DNA of 64,000 bases from assembly GCA_030390025.1 (NCBI GenBank), contig CM059432.1, forward strand, positions 23,066,001-23,130,000. Direction: 5' to 3'. This stretch comes from Squalus acanthias. Taxonomy: Eukaryota. A program made the translations under genes and the position numbers. Positions 25,605 through 37,948 of the stretch are shown here, piece after piece. Position 1 is the first letter of the stretch. Each line of letters begins with the position of its first letter. The notes below the pieces were generated by a model. It ran no database searches, was not told the origin of the DNA, and worked only from the letters and a program-made list of their open reading frames with translations.

Positions 25605-25738
25605 CAAAAGCAAAATACTGAGGGTGCTGGAAATCTGAAATAAAAACAGAAAATGCTGGAAATACTCAGCAGGTCAGGCAGCATCTGTAGATAGAGAAAC
25701 AGAGTTAACGTTTCAGGTCGATGACCCTTCGTCAGAAG
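25605..25738 (-). mobile_element. Penelope P1 terminal fragment
   Basis: Near-identical to 6249-6378; contains a hammerhead core at 25703-25738. Confidence 0.8.
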
Positions 25739-27394
25739 ATCGCCTGTCAATCCCACCAATTTGTGAGACTATCTTCCAAGAGTGCAACACTCTAAAGTCA
25801 GCACCTTGATTAATCAATCATCTAACACTGGAAAAACAAACCAGGAAAAGAACCAGGACTGCTGCTTCAGAAATGCAAAATATTGATAATGGGGCCAAGT
25901 ATTCCCATTATAGATACTAGGATAGTTTACATTAAGCTGAGAAGTAGAAATAAAATGTTGGGAAGCTGAAGGGGTGGTGTGGGGGGGTGGAGGTGGAGGG
26001 ATGCTAGTAGAAGATGACAGTAGGCTGTTACATTTAATCTTTTGGTCATTAATTGAAGATTTGAAGAGTCATTCCCTAATCTTCAGAATTTTACAGTTTC
26101 ATAAGGAGCCATTTATACATTTATGGTAATTGACACCTGGATCTCTAATAGCAATGCTGACTGAGTCATTCTGGCTGGCGTCACTTATAAGCTGTTTTTA
26201 ACATTGGAATGATTCTGGGCTGATATCTGATGCTCAGTCCAGTCTCAATACACTTGACATCTCTATGTTACTTCATAAAATTTATAAATAAATCCTTAAT
26301 AATCCTAATTCAATCTCGTCACATTAGTGCTGCTCTATTTGATGCTATGGCGCTATTTGAAGAAGAGCAGTGAGGTGACCAACATTCATCCTTCAACCAA
26401 AACCAGAATAGTGGGGTGTTCAGTTGATTTGCTGTTTGTGCGACCTTTCTGTGTACAAATTGGCTTCTATGTTTTCCTACATATAAACAGTGACTATAGT
26501 TCAAAAGTATTTCATTGGTTGTGAGGTGTTTCTATCTTGCAGAAGTGATAAGGTGCTATATAAATGCATGTTTCCTTAATGATAATTTATACTTTTTAAT
26601 TTTTGTTCTCCCTCACTTGCCACTGGCCTCACTCCATAGTTTACGTCATTTATCAATTGAGTGTTATATTGGCGATCTTGATTCCAGTTCTGCATATGCA
26701 GTTCTGAAGCCGGGCCTTAAAAGTGTGCACAGCTAGTACAGGTTGACTGTTCATCTCATTTCCCCTCCCAGCTATTGCTAAGGTATCTTGCTTCTGCTTG
26801 ATACCTCTCCATGGGATGCCAGCAGCCACCCTGGACCAGCTTGAACTGAATCAAAAGAGCCATTGTAAAAACAATCAGCAATGGTATATTGCCAGTAATC
26901 TATTTCTGTTAAATTTGCTTTCTTTATAAAGAAACTGCAATCATTATGTATGAAGCCAAGGCATACATGTTATATAAAAAACCTTGCAAAACATTTGAAT
27001 ACTCTGTATATGATGAATAGAGTACACATCAGAACCCAGTTTATTTACAGAAAGTAATTCAGTCGTGTTACAGGCAACAAGGCTCAATCATTTTTGACTG
27101 CTATGTAATGGTGCTGGTGTATAACAGGCGGCTGGCCTGATATTGTTCCTTTTACACTCCGCTGAATGTTAAAATTAACCCCACTGAGTCTAAGAGTAAA
27201 AGGATGGTTTCACTGTGCGCTACCTAACAGGCCTACAGTGGTCCAAAATGGAGCATGGACAGGTCTTATTGAACATTGAAGTTGCTGATAGTCACAAGTG
27301 GACTCAGCTTTCTTACGGGATCCAATCTTCTACCAATTTTTCCAGCTATATAACCGTGTCAGTAGATTGGATGTGATGAACAAACTGAAGCATA

Positions 27395-28357
27395 GGCCGG
27401 GATTTTAATTTCGAGGCGAGTTGGGAGCGGGGCTTGGGGGCTGCAATGTTGTCGGGAAACCCGGGAAAACGGGTTTCCCTCAGGCCCTGCCGAATTTAAC
27501 GGTAGGACCTGATTAGCATTTAGAATCTCTGTTTCCCACCCGCAGCCAGCCAGATTGAGAGGCTGGCTGGCTGTTGGGCAGGTAGGCCTGTGGCACCAGG
27601 CCGCAGAGAGGAGGGAGGGAGGGATCGGGGTGGTGCGGGGGGGGGGGGGGGGGGGGGGTCGGAGGCATGAGGGGGTTCGGAAGCTGGTGGGGGTGGTCGG
27701 AAGGCCGGAGGGTGGATTGGCGGCCGGAGGGGGGAGGTCAGAAGGCCGAAGTGGCATTCAGGGCTGGAGGGGGAGGTTGGAAGGCTAGAGGGGGTTCGAG
27801 GGCCAGGGGCTGATGGTCAGAAGGGTGGAGGGGAGATTAGAGGCCGGAGTGGGGGGTCGGGGGCCGGAGGGGGGACCAGGGGCTGGGGGCTGAGTATTGA
27901 AGGCCAGAGGGGGAATCGGAGATAGGAGGCCTCAGTGGGGGGGTGGGGGGGGGGGAAGGTCGGGGAAGATCAGAAGGGTCGGGCGGTTGTCCGATCGAGG
28001 GGGGTTGGCGAGGCAGGAATGTTTGATCCAGCAAGTAAGTGGAAAGGAACTTACCTCCTGGGAGCAGTTCTCGCCTCGCTTTAACTGGCAGTTTCCCAAG
28101 GCCTGGGGATTGAAAATGGTGGATCACCATGAGGCCTGCAGCCTCATTATAATATTTAAAGTGCCAACCTGCCTTCTGCGAGCGGGTTGGCATTCCGGCA
28201 CCACCCCACCCCCCCCCCCTCCCCCCCCACCCCATCCCGCTCCGTTAAAACTGGAAGTGCATGGGTTGCAGGTGGGTTGGAGTTGGTTCAGTTTTTTAAC
28301 TCTTTAACCTCCCACCCAACCCTAACCCAGCCATTTTTTGTGGTTAAAATTCCCCCC
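27395..28357 (+). mobile_element. GC-rich MITE family copy
   Basis: GGCCGGGATTTTAA...TTAAAATTCCCCCC; colinear with 45262-46367; G-rich low-complexity core. Confidence 0.75.
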
Positions 28358-29460
28358 ATTGACTTCAGTTTTACTAGGGCTCCTTGATGCCACACTCGGT
28401 CAAATGCTGCCTTGATGTCAAGGGCAGTCACTCTCACCTCACCTCTGGAATTCAGCTCCTTAGTAGCTTGGGCGGGGAATTTTAATTAATCGGTTCTGAC
28501 GTAACTTGGAATAGTCATGTATCTTTTCATTCTTGTCGCACAATTATGACATCACTCTGCTAGTAAAGCCAGCCAATTACCTGTGTATGGTGTATAGGAG
28601 CTGTCAGTGTCATAATAAGGCCGATGGAAAATGGTCCAATCTCTGTAAATAGTTTAAAATACTTGAGCAAAACTTTTGTCTTAAGTCCTACTGCTAGGAT
28701 GATAAAACTCGAGTTTTGCAACAAATTGACAACCAATCACTTGTAACGTGGATTATTTGTCATCCTGGAACACCATCAGCAACCAATAAAATATCTGATG
28801 CAGCATATTAAATAACATGGCAGACAGACAATGTTAAACTGAGCTGTGGGATAGTGTGCTGATCAGCAAAAAAAGACATAGAGGTAATTGCAGATAAATC
28901 TATGAAACTGTGCCTCGCTGTAATAAAATAGCAAATAAGGTATTGAGGCCGATTTGCTTTCCGCCTTTGCCCCAGTCAGGAAGCGTGCATTTTGAAGCTA
29001 CTGGCCTGGAGTGCAACAGAGCGTGGCTGAATTTCTGGGTTCAGCTTATTTACATGGTCTGGGCAGGAGAATGACTCTGGGAATGAGAGGGAATCCCAGA
29101 TGGGGGAGGAAACTTTTAGCAAATGCCCACCAACCCAAAGGCTTTCTGTCTACTGTCAAAAATAGCAGTCAGATAGCGTCCAGCCCTAAAGCTCATCCTT
29201 GTTGATCATTAACAACATTCTAATTTACCTTTCTGAAGGTGCTAGCTGGTTGCTGGCAGTCCCTTTTTGGATCCTCCAATTGGAGGGGGCTGACTGCAAC
29301 GTCTAAAACTCACATTCTCAGTTGTCTTTTTGGGCACCTGCCAAATTGAAACCCAGGAAAATTATGGGGGAAGTGTTTTATGTCACTCGTGTGTAATTAA
29401 CATATAAGTTTCAGGTGAGAGCTTCAGCCCACATTAATGATACACCAGGAATGCAAGTCA

Positions 29461-30734
29461 TAGGATCATAGAATCATAGAATGGTTACAGCACAGAAGGA
29501 GGCCATTCAGCCCGTCGAGCCCGTGCTGGCTCTCTGCAAGAGCACTTCAGCTAGTCCCACTCCCCCGCCCTTTCCCTGTAGCTCTGCAATTTTTTTTCCT
29601 TCAGGTACTTATCCAATTCCCTTTTGAAAACCACGATTGAATCTGCCTCCACCACACTTTCAGGCAGTGCATTCCAGGCCCAAACCACTCGCTGCATAAA
29701 AAAGTTTTTCCTCATGTCGCCTTTGGTTCTTCTGCCAATTACATTAAATCTGTGTCCTCTAGTTCTCGACCCTTCTGCCAATGGGAACAGTTTCTCTCTA
29801 CCTACTCTGTCTAGACCCCTCATGATTTTAAACACCTCTATCAAATCTCCTCTCAATCTTCTTTGCTCTAAGAAGAACAACCCCAGCTTCTCCAGTCTAT
29901 CCACGTAACTGAAGTTCCTCATCCCTGGAACCATTCTGGTAAATCTTTTCTGCACCCTCTCTAAGGCCTTCACATCCTTCCTAAAGTGCGGTGCCCAGAA
30001 TTGGACACAATACTCCAGTTGAGGCCGAACCAGTGTTTTATAAAGGTTCATCATAACTTCCTTGCTTTTGTACTCTATTTATGAAGCCCAGGATCCCATA
30101 TGCTTTTTTAACCGCTTTCTCAACCTGCCCTGCCACCTTCAATGATTTGTGCACATATACCCCCAGGTATCTCTGTTCCTGCACCCTCTTTAGAATTTTA
30201 CCCTTTAGTTTATATTGCCTTTCCTTGTAATTCCAACCAAAATGTATCACTTTGCACTTTTCTGCATTAATTTCCTCTACCACTTATCTGCCCATTCCAC
30301 CAGCCTGTCAATGTCCTCTTGAAGTCTATCACTATCCTCCTCACTGTTCACTATACTTCCAAGTTTTGTGTCATCTGCAGATTTTGAAATTGTGCCCTGT
30401 ACTCCCAAGTCCAAGTCATTAATATATATCTAAAAAAAGCAGTGGTCCGAGTACCAACCCCTGGGGAACACCACTGTATACCTTCCTCCAGTCCGAAAAA
30501 CAATTGTTCACCACTGCTCTCTGTTTCCTGTCACTTAGCCAATTTTCGTACCTATGCTACCACTGTCCCTTTTATTCCATGGGCTTCAAATTTGCTGGCA
30601 AGACTATTATGTGGCACTTTATCAAACGTCTTTTGGAAGTCCTTGTTCACCACAACAACCGCATTGCCCTCTTCAACCCTCTCTGTTACCTCATCAAAAA
30701 ATTCAATCACTTTAGTTAAACACAATTTGCCTTT
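29461..30734 (-). mobile_element. CR1 LINE 3' fragment (RT C-terminus and tail)
   Basis: FQKTFDKVPH; LYKTLVRPQLEYCVQFWAPHFRKD...RGHRF...WNALP; frameshifted; (ttctatga)n tail. Confidence 0.92.
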
Positions 30735-31610
30735 CAAACACAAACAGGGCAGATCTGGCGTAATGGATCTCCATTGCAACTTCCTCTGCCCAATATTTCA
30801 AAATATTTAGGCAGAGAAGAAATGTCTCCATCAGATTGTGTTAGCGGTGGACAGAATACAAATCTTAATTACATGCATAAATAGGGCTTCCGCCAAAGTT
30901 ACGCCGGCAGAGTGGCTGATGTCCTGAGGAAATTCCTGGCCAATGACCTTTTTCTATTCCCAAATATTTCCAGGTTCGGAACATTTTAGCATTTGAAACT
31001 ATAAGTTGCACTATTGCATCTACAGGGCAATTGACCATTGATGCATTTTCCAACAAGCAAAAGATGTGCTTCCAGGCTGACATGAGGAACATCTCTCTCA
31101 CACAATATTTAATGCTAAAACACCCAGAGCCATTCCAGGAGGTTGGGCAGAAATCATCTCATGTTTGAAATGAAGCTGATTCTGCCTTAGTCATAGAAGA
31201 TAACAGCTGTGCGCCAGGAACAAGTCACTGTTTTAATTTTTCTGCCCTGATTTTAAAAAACATTTAAAAAATGCTGCTGTAATATTCAGACTCAATTACA
31301 TTTTTACAGACACTACGTGGAGCTTTGAGGATTTATTTTTGACAATCAACAGACCTAACCAAAACAGGGTGTTTCCATGCTACATTTTTTAAAAGGACTA
31401 CATATTTTGACCACGGAGAGACACAATAATATGCAATTGCTGTCCAAATACACATAAACAAGCCTAAATAGACAGATAGGCATCTTAACTATAGAGCCTT
31501 TTGACCTTCGTTCCTCATTTTGAGGATTCTTTCAACTAATGGTCTTCTGTTTTCTTTCTTTAATTAAAAAAAAAATCAGTTGTTCTTTGGTGACAGCAAG
31601 TAAACACATT

Positions 31611-32340
31611 GGGCCGAAAATTGATCCCGGGACGCGAGAGTACGCACTGCGTACTCTCGCGTATTCCCACTCCAATTGCCGGTTTTCTGCATGCCCTGCG
31701 CATGCGCTGAAAACCGGCAATTGCTCTTCCGAAAAGGGGGCGGGGCCTGGCTGCATCGCGTGCGCGCTACAGGCTGCGCGCACGCTGTGCACTTCATGCT
31801 TTGGACGCGCAGGTAAGTACGGAAGATTTTGGAAATGTAAAAAGGAGGAGTAAGACCCGCTTTTAAGAAGGTAAGTAGTGAATTAAGTATTTTTTTGAAT
31901 TTTTTTTTACAGGTATATCTTTTTTATAGACTTTAAAGACAGGTAAGTTTATTTTTATAACTTTTTAAAAGATTTTAAATTTTTTCAAAAATTTAATTTT
32001 TTATTTAAAATGGTTAATTTAATTAACTATACTTATTTTATTAATGTGATAGGTTTTTTTTTAAATTTAATTGAGGTTTAGCTGTTATTTTGGGGGGGTG
32101 TAAGATTCATGGCTGTGAGACTTATGAATGGAAGATGGTGTGCTGCCATTGGCTCTAACTGAGTCACGTGATCCCACAGCTCGCACGAATTCACTACGCC
32201 GCTGGGATACGCAAGCCCAGCACAGCTGATGTCTGGAACATCAATTTCGTGCGAGCTGGATCAGAAAAAGCATAAGCGAGGTCAGACATCGCGGGGAAGG
32301 CTTACCCCCGCGGGAACAGAGCGAGATCAATTTCTGGGCC
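31611..32340. mobile_element. Harbinger-type MITE with AT-rich core
   Basis: TIRs GGGCCGAAAATTGATC / GATCAATTTCTGGGCC; TSD ATT (31608-10, 32341-43). Confidence 0.8.
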
Positions 32341-33131
32341 ATTACATTTATGATGTACAGCACAGGGTAAATTCACCAATCCCACACTCTCAGCAGGAAC
32401 ATCCGCTCAAAGGGAGCATGGATTGGAAGTAGGGCCGTAACACTATGAAAGCGATTCTCTGACTCACGCTCCCTTTCAGCGCAGCTCCCTGTCCTGTGTG
32501 TGGAATCGATGAATTAGTCTTCATATTAAATACAGTGCGATAGCAAGTGAGCTTTGTTGAGCAGCTTGCAGAACATCAGAAAATGAAATTTGGGATATTC
32601 GATTAATTTAAGACATGATGGGGGAAAAATTCAGTTGGTTGCGCCTCCCGTTAGCGCCTTAAGAGGGCGCTAATGGGGCGCAAAGCCGCTAGCGCCCGGG
32701 CGCAGCGATGTCTGCGCCGCTCGGGAACTTAACTAGACATTGTGCGGCGGCGCTAAACTTTACCGCCGCGACCACCTGCGCGCGCAGATTGTGACGTCAT
32801 TCCATGGTGCAACGCCCTTGTGGCGCCCCGGAGCGGAAATTGAGTGGCGCCCCCTGCCTTACCGCCTGGCGCATCCAACGACCGGAAGACTGGAACGCTA
32901 TCAATCGCTGTGGGGCTGGGGGGGGGCGCTATTTAAAGGGGGCCTCTTCCTGTCTTTTTCTGTGGTTAACATTTTTGCACCACTCGTTCTGAGAGAGAGA
33001 GAGAGATTCGGAGAGAGAGAAAGAGAGACTTCTGCATTGAGTCAACGCTTTGTGAGGTAGTTTTGCCTACTGATCCTAACTTCGCTGGTACTTTGGTTGC
33101 TGTCCTTCATAACTTTGCTTGCAAAGAGACT

Positions 33132-34292
33132 ATGGGGGCTGCACTGCTTGGGGGCGTCGTCCTGCTCCAGCTGAATCGGAGGACACAGAGACGCAGAGAG
33201 AGAGTGGCAATGATGGCCAGACGGAGGAGGGCCAACAGGCGTATGTACAGGAGAGCTTACCCTCCCAGGGTATATCGTGAACAGCTCTCCTACATTCATA
33301 TGTCTGAGGAGCTGTGTTTGCGAAGGCTGCGATTCAGCAAGGAGGTGGTCACTGAGCTCTGCCATCTGCTGCAGCCAGATCTGCAGCCTCAACTGAGGTC
33401 CAGGACGTCTCTGTCGGTGGCAGTGAAGGTAACAGTGGCTCTCAACTTCTATGCTACTGGCTCATTTCAAGCTGCTGCTGGGGACCTCGCCAATATCTCC
33501 CAGTTCGCGGTGTATTGCTGCATCCGGCAGGTCACAAATGCCCTCTTTAAAAGGAGACGAGAGTTCATCTCTTTCCCCATGACCCCAGACAAGCAGCGTG
33601 ACCGCGCTCTGGGCTTTGCGAGGATAGCGGGCTTCCCCATGGTGCAGGGCGCCATTGACTGCACGCATGTGGCTTTGCGTGCTCCACATGAGAATGCCGA
33701 GGAATTCCGGAACAGAAAGGGGTTCCATTCCTTGAATGTTCAGTTGGTCTGTGACCACAGACAGCTGATACTCGCTGTCAATGCCCACTATCCTGGCAGC
33801 TGCCACGATGCTTTCATCCTGCGCCAGACTACTGTGGCAGAACTTTTCGAGGCACCGCATCAGCCAGTTGGTTGGCTTCTCGGGGACAAGGGGTATCCAT
33901 TGAGCACCTGGCTGATGACACCGCTCCGTACGCCCAACACCCCTGCTGAGCTGCGGTACAACGAGAGCCATCAAGCTACCAGGAACATCATTGAGCGCAC
34001 AATCGGCGTGCTGAAGCAATGGTTCCGCTGTCTCGACCATTCTGGAGGAGCCCTGCAGTACTCGCCTGAGCGAGTATCCAACTTCGTAGTTGTGTGCTGC
34101 ATGTTGCATAACATGGCAATCGTCAGGACCCAGCCAATGCCACCAGGTCTTGGAGCACCACCAGAGGAGGAGGAGGAAGAGGAGGAAGAGGACGAGGAGG
34201 ATGATCATCAGCAACACCAAGGCGGGAGGGTGGCCCACAATGGTGAAACTGCAAGGGCCGTCCGTCAACGGCTGATAGCAAGCCGCTTCTAG
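33132..34292 (+). CDS. Harbinger DDE transposase (HARBI1-like, DDE_Tnp_4 type), 386 aa
   Basis: Uninterrupted ORF from ATG 33132; motifs GAIDCTH (D), FRNRKGFHSLNVQLVCD, YPGSCHD, WLLGDKGYPL (D), RNIIERTIGVLK (E), CCMLHN; acidic C-terminal tract. Confidence 0.93.
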   Translation: MGAALLGGVVLLQLNRRTQRRRERVAMMARRRRANRRMYRRAYPPRVYREQLSYIHMSEELCLRRLRFSKEVVTELCHLLQPDLQPQLRSRTSLSVAVKVTVALNFYATGSFQAAAGDLANISQFAVYCCIRQVTNALFKRRREFISFPMTPDKQRDRALGFARIAGFPMVQGAIDCTHVALRAPHENAEEFRNRKGFHSLNVQLVCDHRQLILAVNAHYPGSCHDAFILRQTTVAELFEAPHQPVGWLLGDKGYPLSTWLMTPLRTPNTPAELRYNESHQATRNIIERTIGVLKQWFRCLDHSGGALQYSPERVSNFVVVCCMLHNMAIVRTQPMPPGLGAPPEEEEEEEEEDEEDDHQQHQGGRVAHNGETARAVRQRLIASRF

Positions 34293-34421
34293 GGCCCCTG
34301 CTGTGAAAATGGCTTCTGCCATTGCTAACAACATCAATGAACCCAGCACGCAACCCCTAAGCCGGCCAAGGCACCAATGATTCCAAACACCAAACATGTA
34401 TATTTTGAATACAAAAACTTA

Positions 34422-34477
34422 TTTATTTTACAAACTCTGTGTGTGTCATTTCCTCATGACAAACTCATAGAAATAAA
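34422..34477. terminator. Opposed polyadenylation signals between the convergent Harbinger genes
   Basis: TTTATT at 34422-27 (AATAAA on -) and AATAAA at 34472-77 (+), between the two stop codons. Confidence 0.45.
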
Positions 34478-34604
34478 CACAAAAAAACAGTCATTAACAT
34501 AACTGGTTCTCACAACCTGGAGATAATGTCCAAAACACTAGACAAAAGTTGGACCACGAACCTCGGCCTTTAATAAAAAAATGACCAGCATTTTGTCACA
34601 CCTC

Positions 34605-36424
34605 CTACTTTTTGCCCTTCGAGGGTGATCTCCTTCCCTTGCGCACTTCCCCCCTTCTAACCCTACTGCTCCTCCGTAATGGGACCTCAGTGGCTGCAGC
34701 AAGGCTGGTGGAAGGCTGCTGATTGTCAGACCCTGACACTGCAGATGCCCCTGAAGGACGGCCTCGACCAGTTCTGGGCCTGGAGGGCCCGGCTGCAGAC
34801 TGCACCAACTCTGCATGGGCGGCAGCAGTCTGTCCTACAGGCGGTGGCAAGTGCAGTGGAGAAGTGACAGTGTTAGCAGCAGGAATGCTGTCATCGTGAG
34901 AGAGGACAGCAACTCCCTGCTCGCCCGACACACTGGCACTCCCACGGGGCAGCACTTCAGCATCCGGAGCAATCTGCTGGAGCACAGATTGCTGGCCTGC
35001 TGCGGCGCGGTGAGAGCCCCGGGGACATGTGAACGAACCATCGAGGTTGGCAGCAGTCAGTGCTCGCGTGGCCTCAATCTGAGTCTGCATGAGAGCAGTC
35101 AGAGATGGGATCACGGCAGTCAGTGACTGAATTGCAGCACTAAGCGTTAGTGTGGCATCCGCCTGTGCTACAGCGAAGTGCTCCACACTCCTTGCCAGTG
35201 ACTCAATGCATTCGGGCACCCTTCCCACTGCACCCATGAGCTCAGTGTGCATGCCCACCGCCTGGGTGTTCATTTCTGCGATCAGCCGCTCCTCCTCTGC
35301 GTCCATTGCAGTAGGAGTCGCTGGCATACTTTCCCTCTGGAGAGAAGGCCCCCGTTCTTCCCTACCCCCATGGCGTTGCTGCAGCCCGCTGGGTCCTGGA
35401 GCTTCACCCTCATCAGACCCTTCCCCCCTGCTCCCCTCCAGGGAAGGCATGTTCCCAGTGTGGGCATGGGCTTCCTCGGGAGAGGGTGGCACTGATGCTC
35501 CGGCTTCCTCTTCCTCCTCGGCTGCAGCTTCACTCCCACTGGCAGCTTCAGGGCCCGTCTCCTCAGCTGGTGAATCACCATCTGAAAGCAGGGAGGTACA
35601 AGAGTGGCTTTAGCGTGAGGACAGGGTGGCAGTAAGGGAGGAATAAGTGCAGCGAGTTAGCAAGTTGGATTGAAAGTGTCAAAGGCTGGTGTTGTGAGGG
35701 ACAAGTGGAAGGACAGAGGACAAAAAGGTGATGACCTTACCATTGCTGTCCAGAACGGGGTCGGCGTCTCCAGTGGCGACGGGACCGATCACCCGGCTTG
35801 CCACAATCCTGTGGACGCGCTCCTCAAGATCGCTGAGGGGTTGCAGCTGAGGCCGCCCTCCACCTGTCCGTTGCTGCTGTCTCCTATTATGCGCCAGCTT
35901 GGCCTGCAAGAAAAAGTACAGCATCTGAGTAAATATACAGCCATGGTCTTGCCTGATGTGCCTCCCATAGGTGAATAGCCCTTACTGTATACAGCCATGG
36001 TCTTGCCTGATGTGCCTCCCATAGGTGAATAGCCCTTACTGTATGCAAAGTGTGGAATGTGTGTGTGTGTTTCATGAAAGGGCCATAGGTGTTGGATGAG
36101 TGTTGTGCATTAGGGTTTTAAGACCCTCTGGCCATAGAGTGAGGTTGAGATGGAGGGATGGAGAGGTATTGAGAAAAAGCCACTCACCCTGACGACCCGA
36201 GTGAGGTCGTTGAACTTTTTGCGGCATTGAACATGGGTCCTGGGCACCATGCTCCTGGAGGAGACGCTCTGAGCCACCTCCCTCCACACTCTTCTATACT
36301 CGCGTGGCAAAGGCCTCCTGCCACTCTCAGGGAACAGTATACATCTTCTGCGCTCCACCGCGCCAACCAGAGCATCCAAGGCCCGCTCGGTGAAGCGCTG
36401 AGCTCGTTCTCTCACCCTCTCCAT
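34605..36424 (-). CDS. Harbinger Myb/SANT-like (MSANTD/NAIF1-type) partner protein, 3 exons 36188-36424, 35741-35903, 34605-35581; 458 aa
   Basis: Exon 1 MERVRERAQRFTERALDALV...W.EVA...RTHVQCRKKFNDL; GT-AG introns (GTGAGT..cttgcag, GTAAGG..ctttcag) join in frame (1,377 nt); exon 2 has RTGGG; basic C-terminus. Confidence 0.85.
35937..36044. repeat. Perfect 54-bp tandem duplication in intron 1 of the Myb-like gene
   Basis: acagccatggtc...cccttactgtat occurs twice, 35937-35990 and 35991-36044. Confidence 0.95.
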
Positions 36425-37241
36425 CCTTGGCAGCAAAATGGATTCACAGGTCTCTCCAGGCCGAGATTCAAGGCTGCAATGAGCAGGGTGTGGCTGGGGA
36501 GCAAGTTGGCCCCCCCGCTTTAAGAACTGGCCGGCGCCAGTGTGTCTGTGTTCCCTCGCTAACTGGCAGCACCTGCGCTGTGCTCGCGCGCTGAGTTAGC
36601 GCCTCACTGCTCGGCCTTTGCGCTCTAAGACAGGTGTGCAGCGCCTGATTTAGCGCTCCACTCACCTCCCGGGACGGTAAAAGTGAAGTTTCCAGTCAGT
36701 GGCGATAATTAGCGCCAGGCGCTAATATTTGCGTCCAGACGATATTTGCGCCCCAAATGGGGCGCGACCTAATTTTTCCCCCGATATGTGATGAATGTAG
36801 CATGCTTGAGAAGAACACATGACTTTGGGCCCATGGTTCCCAAAACTCTCCACCATTGGGGTTTTCCTTGCGTCACTTCTGTATCTGTTGTCAACTAATT
36901 GACAGAGATTGATTGCTATGATTTGTCAGCAACGTTATTATTGTTGTATCATGCAGCTACCAAGATGGTAGAAGGTGAACTAGATGGATCTTAGCCTTTT
37001 TTTGTCTCGCAATTCCTATATTCCTGTCTTCGAGGCTTGCTACATGATGTTCTGCCACAAACTTTTGAAGTAAGGCTTACGCTTAGAGGAAGAAACGTGA
37101 GCAGGATTTAGCTACTTTATAAAGATGGTTTTCATTTGTGTGGAATGGACTGTCAAGGAGGCAGTGAAGGCAGATAGTGTGAAAAGATTTAGGGGGAGAA
37201 TGGGATTGATATTGTAGGAAGTAGGCAATTGAAAGGTATTA

Positions 37242-37948
37242 GGGTTAAAAATTGGCTACCTTCGTCAGTGCCCCGAAAAAGTTAGCGCACCCATGGCCGA
37301 TTTTTCCAGGTAGCGCCCCGAGAGGGAGGAGGGGCGCTACTGGAAGCGCCCCGCGTCACTCTTGGGGCGCTATGAGCCAATATCGCGGTGCTACGTGCCG
37401 CGGTACTGCAGGCCTTCCTCCCCTTATTAAAGGGGAGGGGCCTGGCGCAGCGCATCCCGGCACCCAGCTGGGCCACCAGGAATCGGGAGTGCCGGCAAAC
37501 GAGCCCGGCACTCAAGAGGAGTGCCGGGCTCACGGAGAGCAGCCGGCACCCCGTGGGGCGGCTTCACGGGGGCCGTGACAGCAACAGGGGCAGGTGCTGG
37601 CAGGCGGCCAGCAACAAAAATGGCCGCCCGCCACCTCCCCTTTAACCAGCGCCGCCCCAGCCGCAGGTAGGCCCCTCTGACCCCGGCGGACATAGCGTCC
37701 GGCAGTAAGTCGGGAGTCGCCACCCAATATTACAGCCGGGGCGCGAGCGGGGCGCTGTGCACGGAGATAACATCATCGCCCGCAGCGCAGCACCTTGCCA
37801 CGCTAATGGTTAGCGCTGCCGCTAACCTCCCGCTGAATTTCGCGGGAAGGCATTAGCAGCGCCGCGCCCAGGCGCTAGTTGATTTGTGCCCCGTTAGCGC
37901 CCTCTTAGGGTGCTAACAGGAGGTGCAAATCAACCGAATTTAGCCCCC
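37242..37948 (-). mobile_element. Harbinger MITE (about 700-bp family) inserted in a decayed CR1
   Basis: Reverse complement of 47244-47945 and 48854-49420; ends GGGTTAAAAATT / AATTTAGCCCCC; flanks TTA/TGA. Confidence 0.82.

Larger units (their letters stand above)
32620..36782 (+). mobile_element. Full-length two-gene PIF/Harbinger DNA transposon (4,163 bp)
   Basis: Perfect 12-bp TIRs GGGGGAAAAATT/AATTTTTCCCCC; 3-bp TSD GAT (32617-19, 36783-85); convergent transposase and Myb-like genes; GC-rich subterminal TAGCGCC/GGCGCTA repeats. Confidence 0.95.

Noticed and set aside
33063..33131. N-terminal 23 codons of the 409-aa ORF call
   Set aside because: Starts at TTG; the ATG at 33132 is also preserved in the derivative at 19758
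33462..34397. 311-aa antisense ORF
   Set aside because: Shadow frame of the GC-rich transposase with no recognisable motif
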